Assembly (NCBI GenBank): GCA_001818155.1
Contig: MHJU01000005.1
Location: 11,805-75,804, forward strand
From: Candidatus Jacksonbacteria bacterium RIFCSPLOWO2_02_FULL_44_20
GTDB lineage: Bacteria > Patescibacteriota > Patescibacteriia > UBA9629
DNA: 64,000 nucleotides
Direction: 5' to 3'
Of this stretch, positions 36,553-46,228 are shown one piece after another. A program made the translations under genes and the position numbers. Numbering within the stretch: the stretch's first letter is position 1; every line of letters starts with the position of its first letter. Under the pieces are notes generated by a model. That model searched no databases. It was not told the DNA's origin and saw only the letters and a program-made list of their open reading frames with translations.

Positions 36553-39096
36553 CTATGATTTCACATATTTTTTCAGATACTTCCCGGTTAAACTTTTCTC
36601 ATTTTGCGCCACGTCCTCTGGGGTCCCGGTTGCGATTACCTGCCCGCCGTTTATTCCACCTCCTGGCCCTAAATCAATAATATAATCCGCTGTTTTAATA
36701 ACATCCATATTATGCTCAATCACCACAACTGTACTCCCCTGCAAGACAATTTTTTGGAGTACTGTCAATAATTGACGGACGTCGTCAAAGTGCAAACCTG
36801 TTGTCGGCTCATCGAACAAATATAGTGTTCGCTCCCCTGCTCGCCGTGAAAGTTCTTTAGAAAGCTTAACGCGTTGCGCCTCTCCGCCAGAGAGAGTGTT
36901 TGCTGGCTGTCCGAGTTCAAGATATCCTAAACCCACTTCCCGCAATGTCTTCAAGCGGTCTCCAATGGTCGGAATATCCTTAAAAAATTCATGAGAGTCT
37001 TCAACTGTCATAGCAAGCACCTCGGCAATGTTTTTCTTTTTATAGTGAACTTCCAATGTTTCGCGATTAAAACGTTTGCCTTTACAAATGTCGCACGTTA
37101 TGTAAACAGTCGGAAGAAAGTGCATTTCAATCGCAAGATAACCATAACCTCGGCAATTTTCACACCTACCGCCGTTGATATTAAAAGAAAATCGCCCTGG
37201 TTTATAATTTCTGAATCTGGCTTCAGTTGTTGCAGAAAATAGATCTCGTATATGTCCAAACGCGCCGGTATAGGTCGCCGGGTTTGATCTTGGAGTTCTG
37301 CCGATCGGGGACTGATCAATCAAAACGGCGCGGTTTAGATATTCTACGCCATTGATCTCTTTTACATTTTCCTCGGTGTTTTTAATGCGGTTTAAGCGCC
37401 GAACAATATTTGTGTACAGAACATCATATAGAAGCGAACTCTTGCCAGAACCTGAAACGCCGGTAACACAGACAAAACGCCGGAGCGGAATTTCAACAGT
37501 GATATTTTTGAGATTATTCGCCCGCGCGCCGATGATAGTCAGCCTATCAAGATTATTTTTTCTTCTCTGTGTAGGCACTGGAATCGCTTTTTCTCCACGA
37601 AGATATGAACATGTAAGAGATTTTTTATTCTTTAAAATTTCCGGCATATCGCCAAAGCATACAATTTCTCCTCCTTGTTTTCCTGCTCCTGGTCCGAAAT
37701 CAACGAGATAATCGCTTTCCCGAATCGTGTCTTCGTCGTGCTCAACCACAATAATCGTGTTTCCGATATCGCGCAAGTGTTTCAAAGTTTCCACAAGCCG
37801 GGCATTGTCATGCTGATGAAGTCCGATTGTCGGCTCATCAAGAACATAAAGCGCGCCTACGAGATGTGAGCCTACTTGAGAGGCAAGCCTTATTCGCTGT
37901 GCCTCGCCACCGGAAAGAGTGCCTGCTCTACGGTTTAAGGTTAAGTATTCCAGTCCGACGTCCATCATAAACTGAAGCCGATTTAGCACCTCTTTCATGA
38001 TTGATTTTGAAATATCCTTTTGCCGCGTTGAAAGTTTGAGAGTAAGAAAGAAATCCGTGGTCTCTTCAATCGTCATTTCCGAGAGTTCAACGATATTTTT
38101 ACGATTTATGAGCACTGAAAGGGCCTCGCCACGGAGCCGTTTGCCAGAGCAGACAGAGCATGAAATTTCAGAAAAAAGAGACTCTGTTCCCAAACCGTGG
38201 CAAGTTTCGCACGCGCCATAAGGGCTGTTAAAACTAAACAGGCGCGGCTCAATCTCGGGAAAGCTGAATCTACATGAAGGACAGCTAAAAGTGGAGGAAA
38301 ATGTGTGTTCAACTCCATCTTCAAACTGCACTGTGATGGCGCCGTTTCCATAATCAAGAGCTGTTTCAATTGCCTCGCTCAACCTCTCGCGTTTATCGCG
38401 TTCCTCATGCGCTGATGCGCTTTGCTCGTCTTTTGGGAAATCGTTTTTATAAAGAGTGTCAACCGCAAGTTCAATAGTGTGGCGTTTTTTGGGATCAATC
38501 TCAATTTTATTTGAGAGCAGTCGCAATATCCCATCAACGCGCACTTTCATAAAACCAGAATTATACATATTGTAGAGCATCTGATAGTATTCCCCTTTTC
38601 GCCCGCGCACAATCGGAGCAAAAATTACGACTGCCTGATCTTTTTTAGAATGTTTGACATCTTTTTGAGTTAAAAGAATCGCATCAGCTATTTCGTCGGT
38701 TGTCATTTTTTGAATTCGATTTCCGCACTTTGGACAGTTGGGCTCTCCGATGCGCGCAAAGAGCACGCGCAGATAGTCGTAAATTTCAGTGATAGTTGCG
38801 ACTGTTGAGCGAGGATTTGCGCTGTGGGCTTTTTGATCAATAGAAATCGCGGGCGACAATCCTTCTATTTCATCCACGTCCGGCTTTTGCATTTGTCCTA
38901 GAAATTGCCGCGCATAAGCAGAAAGCGATTCCACATAACGTCTCTGCCCCTCGGCAAAAATCGTATCAAAAGCAAGCGAGGATTTTCCGCTTCCGGAAAC
39001 GCCTGTAAACACCGTCATTTTATTGCGGGGTATTTCTAATGATATGTTTTTTAAGTTATGCTCCCGCGCGCCTTTGATAGTGATGGCATCTATCAT
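36553..39096 (-). CDS. uvrA: excinuclease ABC subunit A
   Basis: Two ABC modules (GVSGSGKSSL x2), zinc fingers (CPKCG, CETCHG, CENCRG), LSGGE signature motifs. Confidence 0.9.
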   Translation of the reverse strand: MIDAITIKGAREHNLKNISLEIPRNKMTVFTGVSGSGKSSLAFDTIFAEGQRRYVESLSAYARQFLGQMQKPDVDEIEGLSPAISIDQKAHSANPRSTVATITEIYDYLRVLFARIGEPNCPKCGNRIQKMTTDEIADAILLTQKDVKHSKKDQAVVIFAPIVRGRKGEYYQMLYNMYNSGFMKVRVDGILRLLSNKIEIDPKKRHTIELAVDTLYKNDFPKDEQSASAHEERDKRERLSEAIETALDYGNGAITVQFEDGVEHTFSSTFSCPSCRFSFPEIEPRLFSFNSPYGACETCHGLGTESLFSEISCSVCSGKRLRGEALSVLINRKNIVELSEMTIEETTDFFLTLKLSTRQKDISKSIMKEVLNRLQFMMDVGLEYLTLNRRAGTLSGGEAQRIRLASQVGSHLVGALYVLDEPTIGLHQHDNARLVETLKHLRDIGNTIIVVEHDEDTIRESDYLVDFGPGAGKQGGEIVCFGDMPEILKNKKSLTCSYLRGEKAIPVPTQRRKNNLDRLTIIGARANNLKNITVEIPLRRFVCVTGVSGSGKSSLLYDVLYTNIVRRLNRIKNTEENVKEINGVEYLNRAVLIDQSPIGRTPRSNPATYTGAFGHIRDLFSATTEARFRNYKPGRFSFNINGGRCENCRGYGYLAIEMHFLPTVYITCDICKGKRFNRETLEVHYKKKNIAEVLAMTVEDSHEFFKDIPTIGDRLKTLREVGLGYLELGQPANTLSGGEAQRVKLSKELSRRAGERTLYLFDEPTTGLHFDDVRQLLTVLQKIVLQGSTVVVIEHNMDVIKTADYIIDLGPGGGINGGQVIATGTPEDVAQNEKSLTGKYLKKYVKS

Positions 39097-41096
39097 GTAT
39101 GTTTTTGGTTCAGAGATTTTTTTAACATTTTCACCTCATCCCGCAAAACCGTTGCGAGTTCAAATTCTAAACGTTTCGCGGCAAAGCGCATCTCGCGCTC
39201 TTTCTCCGCGATGATTTTTTCAACTTTTGCGATCGGAGCCGCCTTTAATTCTAAATCCAAAATCTCTTTAACATCCTTCTCTTTAATTCCCCAAATTTTC
39301 GTGATATCACGAATTTCTTTTTTAATCGTCTGCGGCGTGATGCCGTGTTTTTTATTATAAGCGAGCTGTTTTTCTCTTCGGCGATTCGTTTCATCCACTG
39401 CGCGTTTTATTGAGCCTGTAATAACATCTGCATATAAAATAACTTTTCCTTGAACATTGCGCGCGGCTCGGCCTATTGTTTGGATAAGCGATGTTTCGGA
39501 GCGCAAAAATCCTTCTTTATCAGCGTCTAGAATTGCCACAAGCGTAACTTCCGGCAAATCAAGGCCTTCGCGGAGCAGGTTTACCCCAACCAAACAATCA
39601 AAGACGCCTTTTCTAAAATCAGTAAGAATGCGGATACGATCAAGCGTTTTTATATCGCTATGCAGATACCGTGTTTTAATACCTCGTTCAACTAAATACG
39701 AGGTTAAGTCCTCTGCCATTTTTTTGGTAAGTGTAGTTACAAGCACGCGTTCGCGTTTTTTCGCGCGCGTTGCAATTTCGCCGATCACGTCTTCAACCTG
39801 GCTCCAATTTTTGTTCGTCTCAACAATCGGCCGCACTTCAACTTCCGGATCCACTAATCCAGTTGGCCGAATAATTTGCTCTACTACTTCCGATGATATG
39901 CGAAGCTCGTACTCGCTTGGAGTTGCTGAAATAAAGATACATTGATTGATGCGCGCGGTAAATTCCGCAAACATGAGCGGACGGTTGTCGCGCGCGCTTG
40001 GCAGGCGAAAACCGTGTTCAATAAGAGTATTTTTGCGGGACTTATCTCCTTCATACATTCCGCGAAGTTGAGGAGTTGTTACATGAGATTCATCTATAAT
40101 AAGGAGAAAATCCTTTGGAAAATATGAGAATAAAGTCGCGGGCGGCTTTCCGGAAGCTCGGCCGTCAAAATGGCGCGAGTAATTTTCAATTCCAGAGCAG
40201 TAGCCAATCTCCCGCATCATCTCAAGATCATAGTTTGTGCGCCTTTCCAGCCGCTCCTCTTCAAGAAGAAGCCCGTGTTTTTTGAAATACACGAGGCGTT
40301 CTTTCAGTTCCTTGCGAATTGTTTTGATTGCTTTCAGTTTTTCCGGTTCAAGTGTTACAAAGTGGCGGGCAGGAAACATTATAAGATCCGCGCGTTCACA
40401 TATTCGTTTTTGGCTGATCGGATCTATCTCAAGAATTCCTGCGATGAGATTTTTATTTAGTTCAATGCGGTAAATAACCTCGCCTTTTACCGGCATTATT
40501 TCAAGGATCGGTCCTCGTGCCCGGAATTTTCCTCGTTCAATGGCGCCGCTTGTTCGCGTGAACCCTAACGTAATCAGTTTTCGCATCAAAATGCTTCGTC
40601 CACATAGCGCGTCTTTTTTAATATAAATTACCTCTTTTTCGTAATTCTTGGGAGATCCAAGTCCGTATAAGCATGAAACCGATGCGACGACAATCACGTC
40701 GCGCCTTGAGAGAAGTGATTGGGTTGTTGAGTGGCGCAGGCGATCAATCTCATCATTGATTTGAGCCTCTTTTTCTATGTATGTGTCTGTTCTCGGCAGA
40801 TATGCCTCTGGTTGATAATAATCGTAATAGGAAACAAAATATTCAACTGCATTTTTTGGAAAAAATTCTCGGAATTCATTGCACAGTTGCGCGGCAAGCG
40901 TTTTGTTATGAGCGATTACAAGTGTCGGCTTTTGAACATTTTGTATAACGTTTGCAATCGTAAAAGTTTTTCCTGATCCAGTAACCCCAAGAAGAGTTTG
41001 GTATTTTAGCTTTTTTGAAAGACCTTGAACTAACTTTTTAATCGCTTTTGGTTGATCGCCGGCTGGTTCTAAATGCGTTGCGAGTTTGAATGGCAT
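39093..41096 (-). CDS. uvrB: excinuclease ABC subunit B
   Basis: Helicase motifs (GVTGSGKT, DESH), beta-hairpin region, C-terminal UVR motif. True start MPFKLATHLEPAGDQ at 41096. The ORF-track N-terminal extension to 41267 is antisense to tRNA-Tyr and is rejected. Confidence 0.9.
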   Translation of the reverse strand: MPFKLATHLEPAGDQPKAIKKLVQGLSKKLKYQTLLGVTGSGKTFTIANVIQNVQKPTLVIAHNKTLAAQLCNEFREFFPKNAVEYFVSYYDYYQPEAYLPRTDTYIEKEAQINDEIDRLRHSTTQSLLSRRDVIVVASVSCLYGLGSPKNYEKEVIYIKKDALCGRSILMRKLITLGFTRTSGAIERGKFRARGPILEIMPVKGEVIYRIELNKNLIAGILEIDPISQKRICERADLIMFPARHFVTLEPEKLKAIKTIRKELKERLVYFKKHGLLLEEERLERRTNYDLEMMREIGYCSGIENYSRHFDGRASGKPPATLFSYFPKDFLLIIDESHVTTPQLRGMYEGDKSRKNTLIEHGFRLPSARDNRPLMFAEFTARINQCIFISATPSEYELRISSEVVEQIIRPTGLVDPEVEVRPIVETNKNWSQVEDVIGEIATRAKKRERVLVTTLTKKMAEDLTSYLVERGIKTRYLHSDIKTLDRIRILTDFRKGVFDCLVGVNLLREGLDLPEVTLVAILDADKEGFLRSETSLIQTIGRAARNVQGKVILYADVITGSIKRAVDETNRRREKQLAYNKKHGITPQTIKKEIRDITKIWGIKEKDVKEILDLELKAAPIAKVEKIIAEKEREMRFAAKRLEFELATVLRDEVKMLKKSLNQKHT

Positions 41097-41146
41097 AAAA
41101 TTTTTGACATTGCGATATTTTTTGACAAAAAACTCCCTTTTGTAAA

Positions 41147-41166
41147 CCTGCCTGACGGCAGTCAGG
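41147..41166. repeat. palindromic element copy B (CCTGCCTGACGGCAGTCAGG), 1 nt from the 3' end of tRNA-Tyr and upstream of uvrB
   Basis: Same family. 6-bp stem CCTGAC/GTCAGG with GGCA loop. Confidence 0.6.
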
Positions 41167-41167
41167 T

Positions 41168-41255
41168 TGGTGGGCCGGGAGGGATTCGAACCCCCGAAGG
41201 CGTGAAAGCCAACTGGTTTACAGCCAGTCCCATTTGTCCGCTTTGGTACCGACCC
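41168..41255 (-). tRNA. tRNA-Tyr (anticodon GTA), long variable arm, CCA encoded
   Basis: Reverse complement GGGTCGGTACCAAAGCGGACAAATGGGACTGGCTGTAAACCAGTT...GGGGGTTCGAATCCCTCCCGGCCCACCA folds as a cloverleaf with anticodon loop CUGUAAA. Confidence 0.85.
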
Positions 41256-41257
41256 TA

Positions 41258-41333
41258 TGGAGCCCACGCGCGGATTTGAACCGCGGACCTACTCCTTACC
41301 ATGGAGTTGCTCTACCAACTGAGCTACGTGGGC
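41258..41333 (-). tRNA. tRNA-Thr (anticodon GGT), CCA encoded
   Basis: Reverse complement GCCCACGTAGCTCAGTTGGTAGAGCAACTCCATGGTAAGGAGTAGGTCCGCGGTTCAAATCCGCGCGTGGGCTCCA. Anticodon loop AUGGUAA. Confidence 0.85.
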
Positions 41334-41343
41334 AAAACATTTT

Positions 41344-42144
41344 TTATCCAACCCCCTTCAACTCTTGGAGTAATTGATCCAATCCTTCATTGGCAGGATT
41401 ATTTTTCTTGAGTTTGAGATAGTATTTCCAACCAAGCTCTTTTTGTTTCGCCATAATGCATATTTTTGTGATAAAATGAAGCATCTTTGGGTTTGAAGGC
41501 TCCAACGTTACAGCTTTCTTGGCGTTTTGTAAAGCATCTTCCACTTTTTCTAATTTAAGTTTGGTTTCTGCAAGTTGAAGATAATGAGACGCAGAGACAT
41601 TTTTTAATCGTTGCGCAAGTTTTACTACGTGCTCCCATGTAGCTTCGGCATGGAGAAAATTTTTACTTTTCAGATAAATCTCGGCAAGAAGTTTATAAGC
41701 ACGGAGCGATTTAGGATTTTCTTTAATGACATGCAGGGCCGCTTTTTCCGCATCCTCAAATTTGTCCGTATTCAGCAATTCCTTGGCCTCAAGAAGTTTT
41801 GCTTCGTCTTCCTCGCCAAAAGGAAGGTCATCCGCGCTGTTTTTCTGTTTTGTAAATTTTTTCCAGTATGCGTTTTTTATATCCTGTAAATTTTTGTAGT
41901 ATTGACGCAATTCTCCGGGTAAACGCGCGGCAGATTTAATGCTTGGAATACGCCGAGAAATTTTTGAAATCGCAAGCTGAAATTTTCGTTTGAGCCGTTC
42001 TTCAAGGAGAAAACGTTTTTTGTGTTTTTCGCGCAGGACTTCCTCAAATTTAATTTCACGCAAAATCGGCATTTTTTTTGCGATAATAAGGGCAATAAGG
42101 GCCAATGAAGAGATAAAAATTATAAATGCGATAATATTAAGCAT
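41344..42144 (-). CDS. membrane-anchored TPR-repeat protein, function unknown
   Basis: N-terminal TM helix then lysine-rich coiled coil and TPR-like repeats (AEIYLKSKNF, ALQNAKKAVTLEPSN). Confidence 0.5.
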   Translation of the reverse strand: MLNIIAFIIFISSLALIALIIAKKMPILREIKFEEVLREKHKKRFLLEERLKRKFQLAISKISRRIPSIKSAARLPGELRQYYKNLQDIKNAYWKKFTKQKNSADDLPFGEEDEAKLLEAKELLNTDKFEDAEKAALHVIKENPKSLRAYKLLAEIYLKSKNFLHAEATWEHVVKLAQRLKNVSASHYLQLAETKLKLEKVEDALQNAKKAVTLEPSNPKMLHFITKICIMAKQKELGWKYYLKLKKNNPANEGLDQLLQELKGVG

Positions 42145-42898
42145 ATAATTGCATGGCAGTTAAAATTTTATTGAATTCCTTTGCTTTTATGCTAGAGCTT
42201 CCAATAAGGGCTCCTTGAATCTCATTTTCTTCGCAAAACTCGTTTATATTTTCGCTGTCAACGCTTCCTCCGTATAGAATCGCGGTATTTTCTTCGCAAA
42301 CCGCGCGCGGAAATGTGTCAATGAGAGCTTGGTGAATCACCCTTAGCATATACAGCACTTCAGACACTTTTGCGGCGTGCCCTGTTCCTATGGCCCATAC
42401 AGGTTCATAGGCAATAATTAATTTTTGATTCCCAACTAGTTCAACTTTTTCCAGAGCAGTTTCTATCTGCCGCCGCACAATATGATCTTTCGCGCCGCTT
42501 CTTCGTTCTTCCATTGATTCGCCGACGCATAAAATTGGAACCAGCATCTCGTCAATCACAGAGCGAACTTTTTTATTTATATTTTCCGGAGTTTCAAAAA
42601 GATATATTCGCCGTTCAGAGTGCCCGATTATGACATGGCTACACCCGAGGGATTTGAGATACGCAGGCGAGGTTTCTCCTGTATATGCCCCTGAATTTTC
42701 CCAAAAACAATTCTGCGATGCGAGCAGTATAGGCGTGTTTTTCAGCGTTAAACTTATGCGCTCCATACTTAAAAAACTTGGCGCCAGTATCAAGGAAAGT
42801 TTCGTTGAAGAAAACGTCATTTGCGCAATTTCTTTTGCAAGCGCAAATTCATCGCGCGGCGCAAGTTTCATTTTCCAATTGGCAATCAGGTATTTCAT
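42137..42898 (-). CDS. tpiA: triosephosphate isomerase
   Basis: IANWKM ... GHSERR ... AYEPVWAIGTG ... catalytic motifs. Confidence 0.9.
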   Translation of the reverse strand: MKYLIANWKMKLAPRDEFALAKEIAQMTFSSTKLSLILAPSFLSMERISLTLKNTPILLASQNCFWENSGAYTGETSPAYLKSLGCSHVIIGHSERRIYLFETPENINKKVRSVIDEMLVPILCVGESMEERRSGAKDHIVRRQIETALEKVELVGNQKLIIAYEPVWAIGTGHAAKVSEVLYMLRVIHQALIDTFPRAVCEENTAILYGGSVDSENINEFCEENEIQGALIGSSSIKAKEFNKILTAMQLYA

Positions 42899-42927
42899 GG
42901 TATTTTCAATTATAGAAGTCTATCACA

Positions 42928-43803
42928 TCACTCAAAATTCTCAAATATCCAATACGCGAGCGATTTGGCGTCCTGAAATCTATCTTCTGATGTTTGCGCG
43001 CCAAGGATCGCAACAATAATGTTTTTGCCGTTTTTATTTTTAGCTTGAAATACAAGGCAGTATCCGGCGGCGTCAGTGTGCCCGGTTTTTCCTGCGGTAA
43101 TAGTGAAAAGATCAGTTGTCAGAAGATCGTTTGTAGTTATTATGCGGCGCTCTTTAGTTTTATTGCCGTTTAAAAGGTAAAAAGAATATCCCTCTTTTGT
43201 TGTCGTAGTTTGTAAAAATTCGTTTTTGAATATCTCGCGAGCAAGGAGAGCGATTTCAAAAGCGGTTGATACGTTTCCTGAATCCAGTCCCGACGGTTCA
43301 ATAAGGCGCGTGTTTTTAAGCTCTAGTTGTGTTGCGAGTTTTTGCGTTTCTGTAGCGTAGGAATCCATAAAACCGCCAGCGCGAGCAAGAGAGATAGCGG
43401 CGCTGTTGTCGGAAGAAACGAGCGTAAGATGTAAAAAATCGCGCGCAGTCGCTATTTCACCGCGATAAATGTGCGATTGACCTCCAGAACGCGCATCTCC
43501 GTCTTCCATAGTTATCTCACGCGCGAGATTATTTCCGGATACTGTAAGATATATATAACTTGTGATTAATTTTGTAATGCTCGCGATTTGCCGCGTTTGA
43601 TTGCCATTTTTATTAAATAGAACACGGCCGGTTTCTCCATCAAGCGCAAGAGCAGACGGCGCATCCAATATAGGCTCAATCGCATAAGTGTTTATTTTTG
43701 TGAATCCCGGCGTTTCAAAATGCCGTGCGCCATACACTGCGCCCTGTCCTTGCGGAAGCGAAAAATTTGATATAAAAAGTGTGAGCAGAATTTTTGTCAA
43801 CAT
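42928..43803 (-). CDS. D-alanyl-D-alanine carboxypeptidase (S11 peptidase, PBP5/6-like)
   Basis: Signal peptide, SITK active-site motif (ASITKLIT), SSDN (SDN) and KTGHT (KTG) motifs. Confidence 0.8.
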   Translation of the reverse strand: MLTKILLTLFISNFSLPQGQGAVYGARHFETPGFTKINTYAIEPILDAPSALALDGETGRVLFNKNGNQTRQIASITKLITSYIYLTVSGNNLAREITMEDGDARSGGQSHIYRGEIATARDFLHLTLVSSDNSAAISLARAGGFMDSYATETQKLATQLELKNTRLIEPSGLDSGNVSTAFEIALLAREIFKNEFLQTTTTKEGYSFYLLNGNKTKERRIITTNDLLTTDLFTITAGKTGHTDAAGYCLVFQAKNKNGKNIIVAILGAQTSEDRFQDAKSLAYWIFENFE

Positions 43804-43816
43804 ATTTTTATTCTCG

Positions 43817-43836
43817 CCTGACTGCCGTTAGGCAGG
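43817..43836. repeat. palindromic element copy C (CCTGACTGCCGTTAGGCAGG; reverse complement differs from copy B by 1 nt), overlapping the scpB stop codon
   Basis: Same family. Confidence 0.6.
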
Positions 43837-44346
43837 CATAGACGTTATTTTCTGGTTTAATTCATAATATTCGGGAAGTTGCTGGACGCGTTCTACGCCA
43901 AGCCCTCTTAAGAAGGTCGTGCTGATATTATAGGTTTGATGCGGAGAAGCGGAAAATTCTTCAACAAGACCCGCAATTGTAAGATTTTTTAGAATAACAG
44001 CACAATTGACTCCGCGAATATCCTCAAGCTCCGCTCTTGTCAAGGGCCCTCGATAAGAAAGAATCGCAAGAGTGTCAATTTGCGCCTGCGTGAGCGCAGT
44101 CTCCTCATCTTTAATAAACTTTTGCATAACAGTTGCATGCTCTGGGGAGGTTGTGAGTTCTGCGCTTTTTCCGTTTGTTGCAATACGTATGCCGCGGCTG
44201 TTTTCCTCGTACTCTTTTTGGAGCGAGTTTATTGTGTCTGCCGCTTCTTGCGTTGAAACGCCGGTTAAGTGCGCGATTGCGGAAAATGTTATGGGTTCTC
44301 CGGATCCGGCGAGGATCGCTTCAATTTTGCTCTTCTGATGATGCAT
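43828..44346 (-). CDS. scpB: segregation and condensation protein B
   Basis: SKIEAILAGSGEPITF ... winged-helix repeats. Probable start MHHQKS at 44346 (track 44421 would overlap scpA by 100 nt). Confidence 0.8.
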   Translation of the reverse strand: MHHQKSKIEAILAGSGEPITFSAIAHLTGVSTQEAADTINSLQKEYEENSRGIRIATNGKSAELTTSPEHATVMQKFIKDEETALTQAQIDTLAILSYRGPLTRAELEDIRGVNCAVILKNLTIAGLVEEFSASPHQTYNISTTFLRGLGVERVQQLPEYYELNQKITSMPA

Positions 44347-45037
44347 AAAATTTTTCAATGGTAATTTCTCCCCATGCGGACTGTTGGCGAATAAAAATCG
44401 CGCGGGATTTTGCAAGTTCAAGAAGCGCGAGAAAATTTATAATAATCTCATGTTTATACCCGTTTTCTACTAGTTCCGAAAAGAGCGCGCGTTTTGCACT
44501 TTTAAGATATTTTTGAATCGTTGCTATGCGTTCATGGAGGTTAAAAATTCGCCGCGCAATGATTCTTGGCGGAAAATTAATTTTCGCGATTTTGCTGACA
44601 ATGCGCGCAAACGCGCTGTGGATTATTTTTTTGGAAATATTTATTTCATTTTTGTTCGTTAAGGTTGCGCGAAAATTTGCGCTAATACGCGCAGTATACA
44701 GGGTATTTTTTCGTTTAGTCCAAATACTGTTCAGTTTTATAGCAATCGCGCGATATTCGCGATATTGCTTCAAATGCGCGACAAGATCATCCGCATTTTC
44801 ATCCTCATTCTCAAGATGCGGGAGCAAAAGTCTGGTTTTCAATACAACAAGACGGCTACCGATTTCCAAAAAATGAAGCATCGTTTCAAGAGGCGTTTCA
44901 GGGTTTTGACTTATGTAAATTAAGTACTGATCTGCAACTCGCGCGAGTGAAATCGTGGAAATTTCAATTTTTTCCTCTTCAATTAATGAAAGCAGAAGAT
45001 CCAGCGGACCGTCAAATTGTTCTAGTTCAATATGCAC
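44321..45037 (-). CDS. scpA: segregation and condensation protein A
   Basis: LEQFDGPLDLLLSLIEEEKIEISTISLARVADQYL kleisin N-terminus. Confidence 0.8.
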   Translation of the reverse strand: MHIELEQFDGPLDLLLSLIEEEKIEISTISLARVADQYLIYISQNPETPLETMLHFLEIGSRLVVLKTRLLLPHLENEDENADDLVAHLKQYREYRAIAIKLNSIWTKRKNTLYTARISANFRATLTNKNEINISKKIIHSAFARIVSKIAKINFPPRIIARRIFNLHERIATIQKYLKSAKRALFSELVENGYKHEIIINFLALLELAKSRAIFIRQQSAWGEITIEKFYASSEEQN

Positions 45038-45038
45038 T

Positions 45039-46190
45039 TCAGGAAGTAAAAATTCCCTTTACTTTTTCTAAAATTTCAAATCGCATGAGATCGCGGGCAG
45101 TAACTAAAATTGTCAAAAAAATCAGCAACCAAAATCCAATCAAATGCACCCATGTTTCCGTATTAATTGATACGGATTTTCCTTTAAATTTTTCAATAAT
45201 CACAAATAAAACGCGCCCGCCATCAAGCGCGGGGAGCGGGAGGATATTAATAATTGCAAGATTTAACGAGAGAAGAGCTACAAATTGAATAATATAAATG
45301 AAGCCGAGTTCCGCGGCGCGTCCGGAAAGAGCGGCTATCATAACAGGCCCGCCGATGTTTGTGCTGACGCTACGAGTTAAAACAAGATCCTGAATAAGAT
45401 GAAAAAATCCGGTTACAATTTTTCCGCTTGTCGTCGCGATAGTTTCCGCGCTTTTGTAGAGCGCTATATGCATCGGATAACGAATAATGCCGACTGATCC
45501 AAGCGCAACGCCCACTCCGATTTTTTTTGTCTCCGATTCAGTATCGCCAGCTTCATTTCCAATATGAAAGGTTACGAGTTCTGGCGTCAGGTCTTTGGTG
45601 AAAATCTCTTTTCCGCGACGTAACTGAATCAGCACAGGCTTTCCTTCTTTGTCCGAGATAAATGATTGCAATTTTTCAAGTTCGCTAAATGGCGTCTCGT
45701 TTACTGTTATAATACTGTCGCCTGCTTTTATTCCTGCGCGACCAGCCGGGCCTTTTGGTTCAACATATAGAATTGAAATATATTTTTCTTTGATGAATTT
45801 TTCCGGAATTTTTGTGTCGGTTAAATCGCGGGGAAATCCAACTATGTATCCAACTGAAAAAAGAACCAGCGCTAATATAAGATTCATGAAAACGCCGGAA
45901 ACAAGAATCACCATGCGTTTCCAAGGCGCTTGATGCGAAAAACTGTCGGGATGATCTTTTGATTCTCCATCCTGACCTTTTAAGTTTACAAATCCTCCGA
46001 TCGGGAGCCAATTAAGAGTCCATTTTACTCCGTCTTTTGAGGTATGTAAGAGCGAAGCGCGCGGCGGAAATCCGATGCCAAACTCTAAAACACGCACGCC
46101 GAAATATTTTGCGCTGACAAAATGACCGAACTCGTGAACAACGACAAGAACAGAGAGAATGATAAGAAAAGCAATTATAGTAAGTAACAT
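45039..46190 (-). CDS. rseP: RIP metalloprotease RseP (site-2 protease)
   Basis: HEFGH zinc motif in a TM helix, PDZ domain, NILPLPALDGG (LDG motif). Probable start MLLTIIAF at 46190. Confidence 0.85.
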   Translation of the reverse strand: MLLTIIAFLIILSVLVVVHEFGHFVSAKYFGVRVLEFGIGFPPRASLLHTSKDGVKWTLNWLPIGGFVNLKGQDGESKDHPDSFSHQAPWKRMVILVSGVFMNLILALVLFSVGYIVGFPRDLTDTKIPEKFIKEKYISILYVEPKGPAGRAGIKAGDSIITVNETPFSELEKLQSFISDKEGKPVLIQLRRGKEIFTKDLTPELVTFHIGNEAGDTESETKKIGVGVALGSVGIIRYPMHIALYKSAETIATTSGKIVTGFFHLIQDLVLTRSVSTNIGGPVMIAALSGRAAELGFIYIIQFVALLSLNLAIINILPLPALDGGRVLFVIIEKFKGKSVSINTETWVHLIGFWLLIFLTILVTARDLMRFEILEKVKGIFTS

Positions 46191-46228
46191 AGGCGAATGA
46201 CGTATTGTAATTTTTGCGCGGAAATCTT

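Noticed and set aside
41097-41267. N-terminal extension of the UvrB ORF (MGSIGSVPKRTNGTGCKPVGFHAFGGSNPSRPTNL...)
   Set aside because: The extension is simply the antisense translation of tRNA-Tyr (41168..41255). The conserved UvrB N-terminus begins at MPFKLATHLEPAGDQ (41096).
41344-42144. Calling the TPR membrane protein a specific known factor (for example an LapB/YciM or Tol-Pal-like component)
   Set aside because: Only generic TPR/coiled-coil features are visible. There is no zinc-binding or other diagnostic motif.
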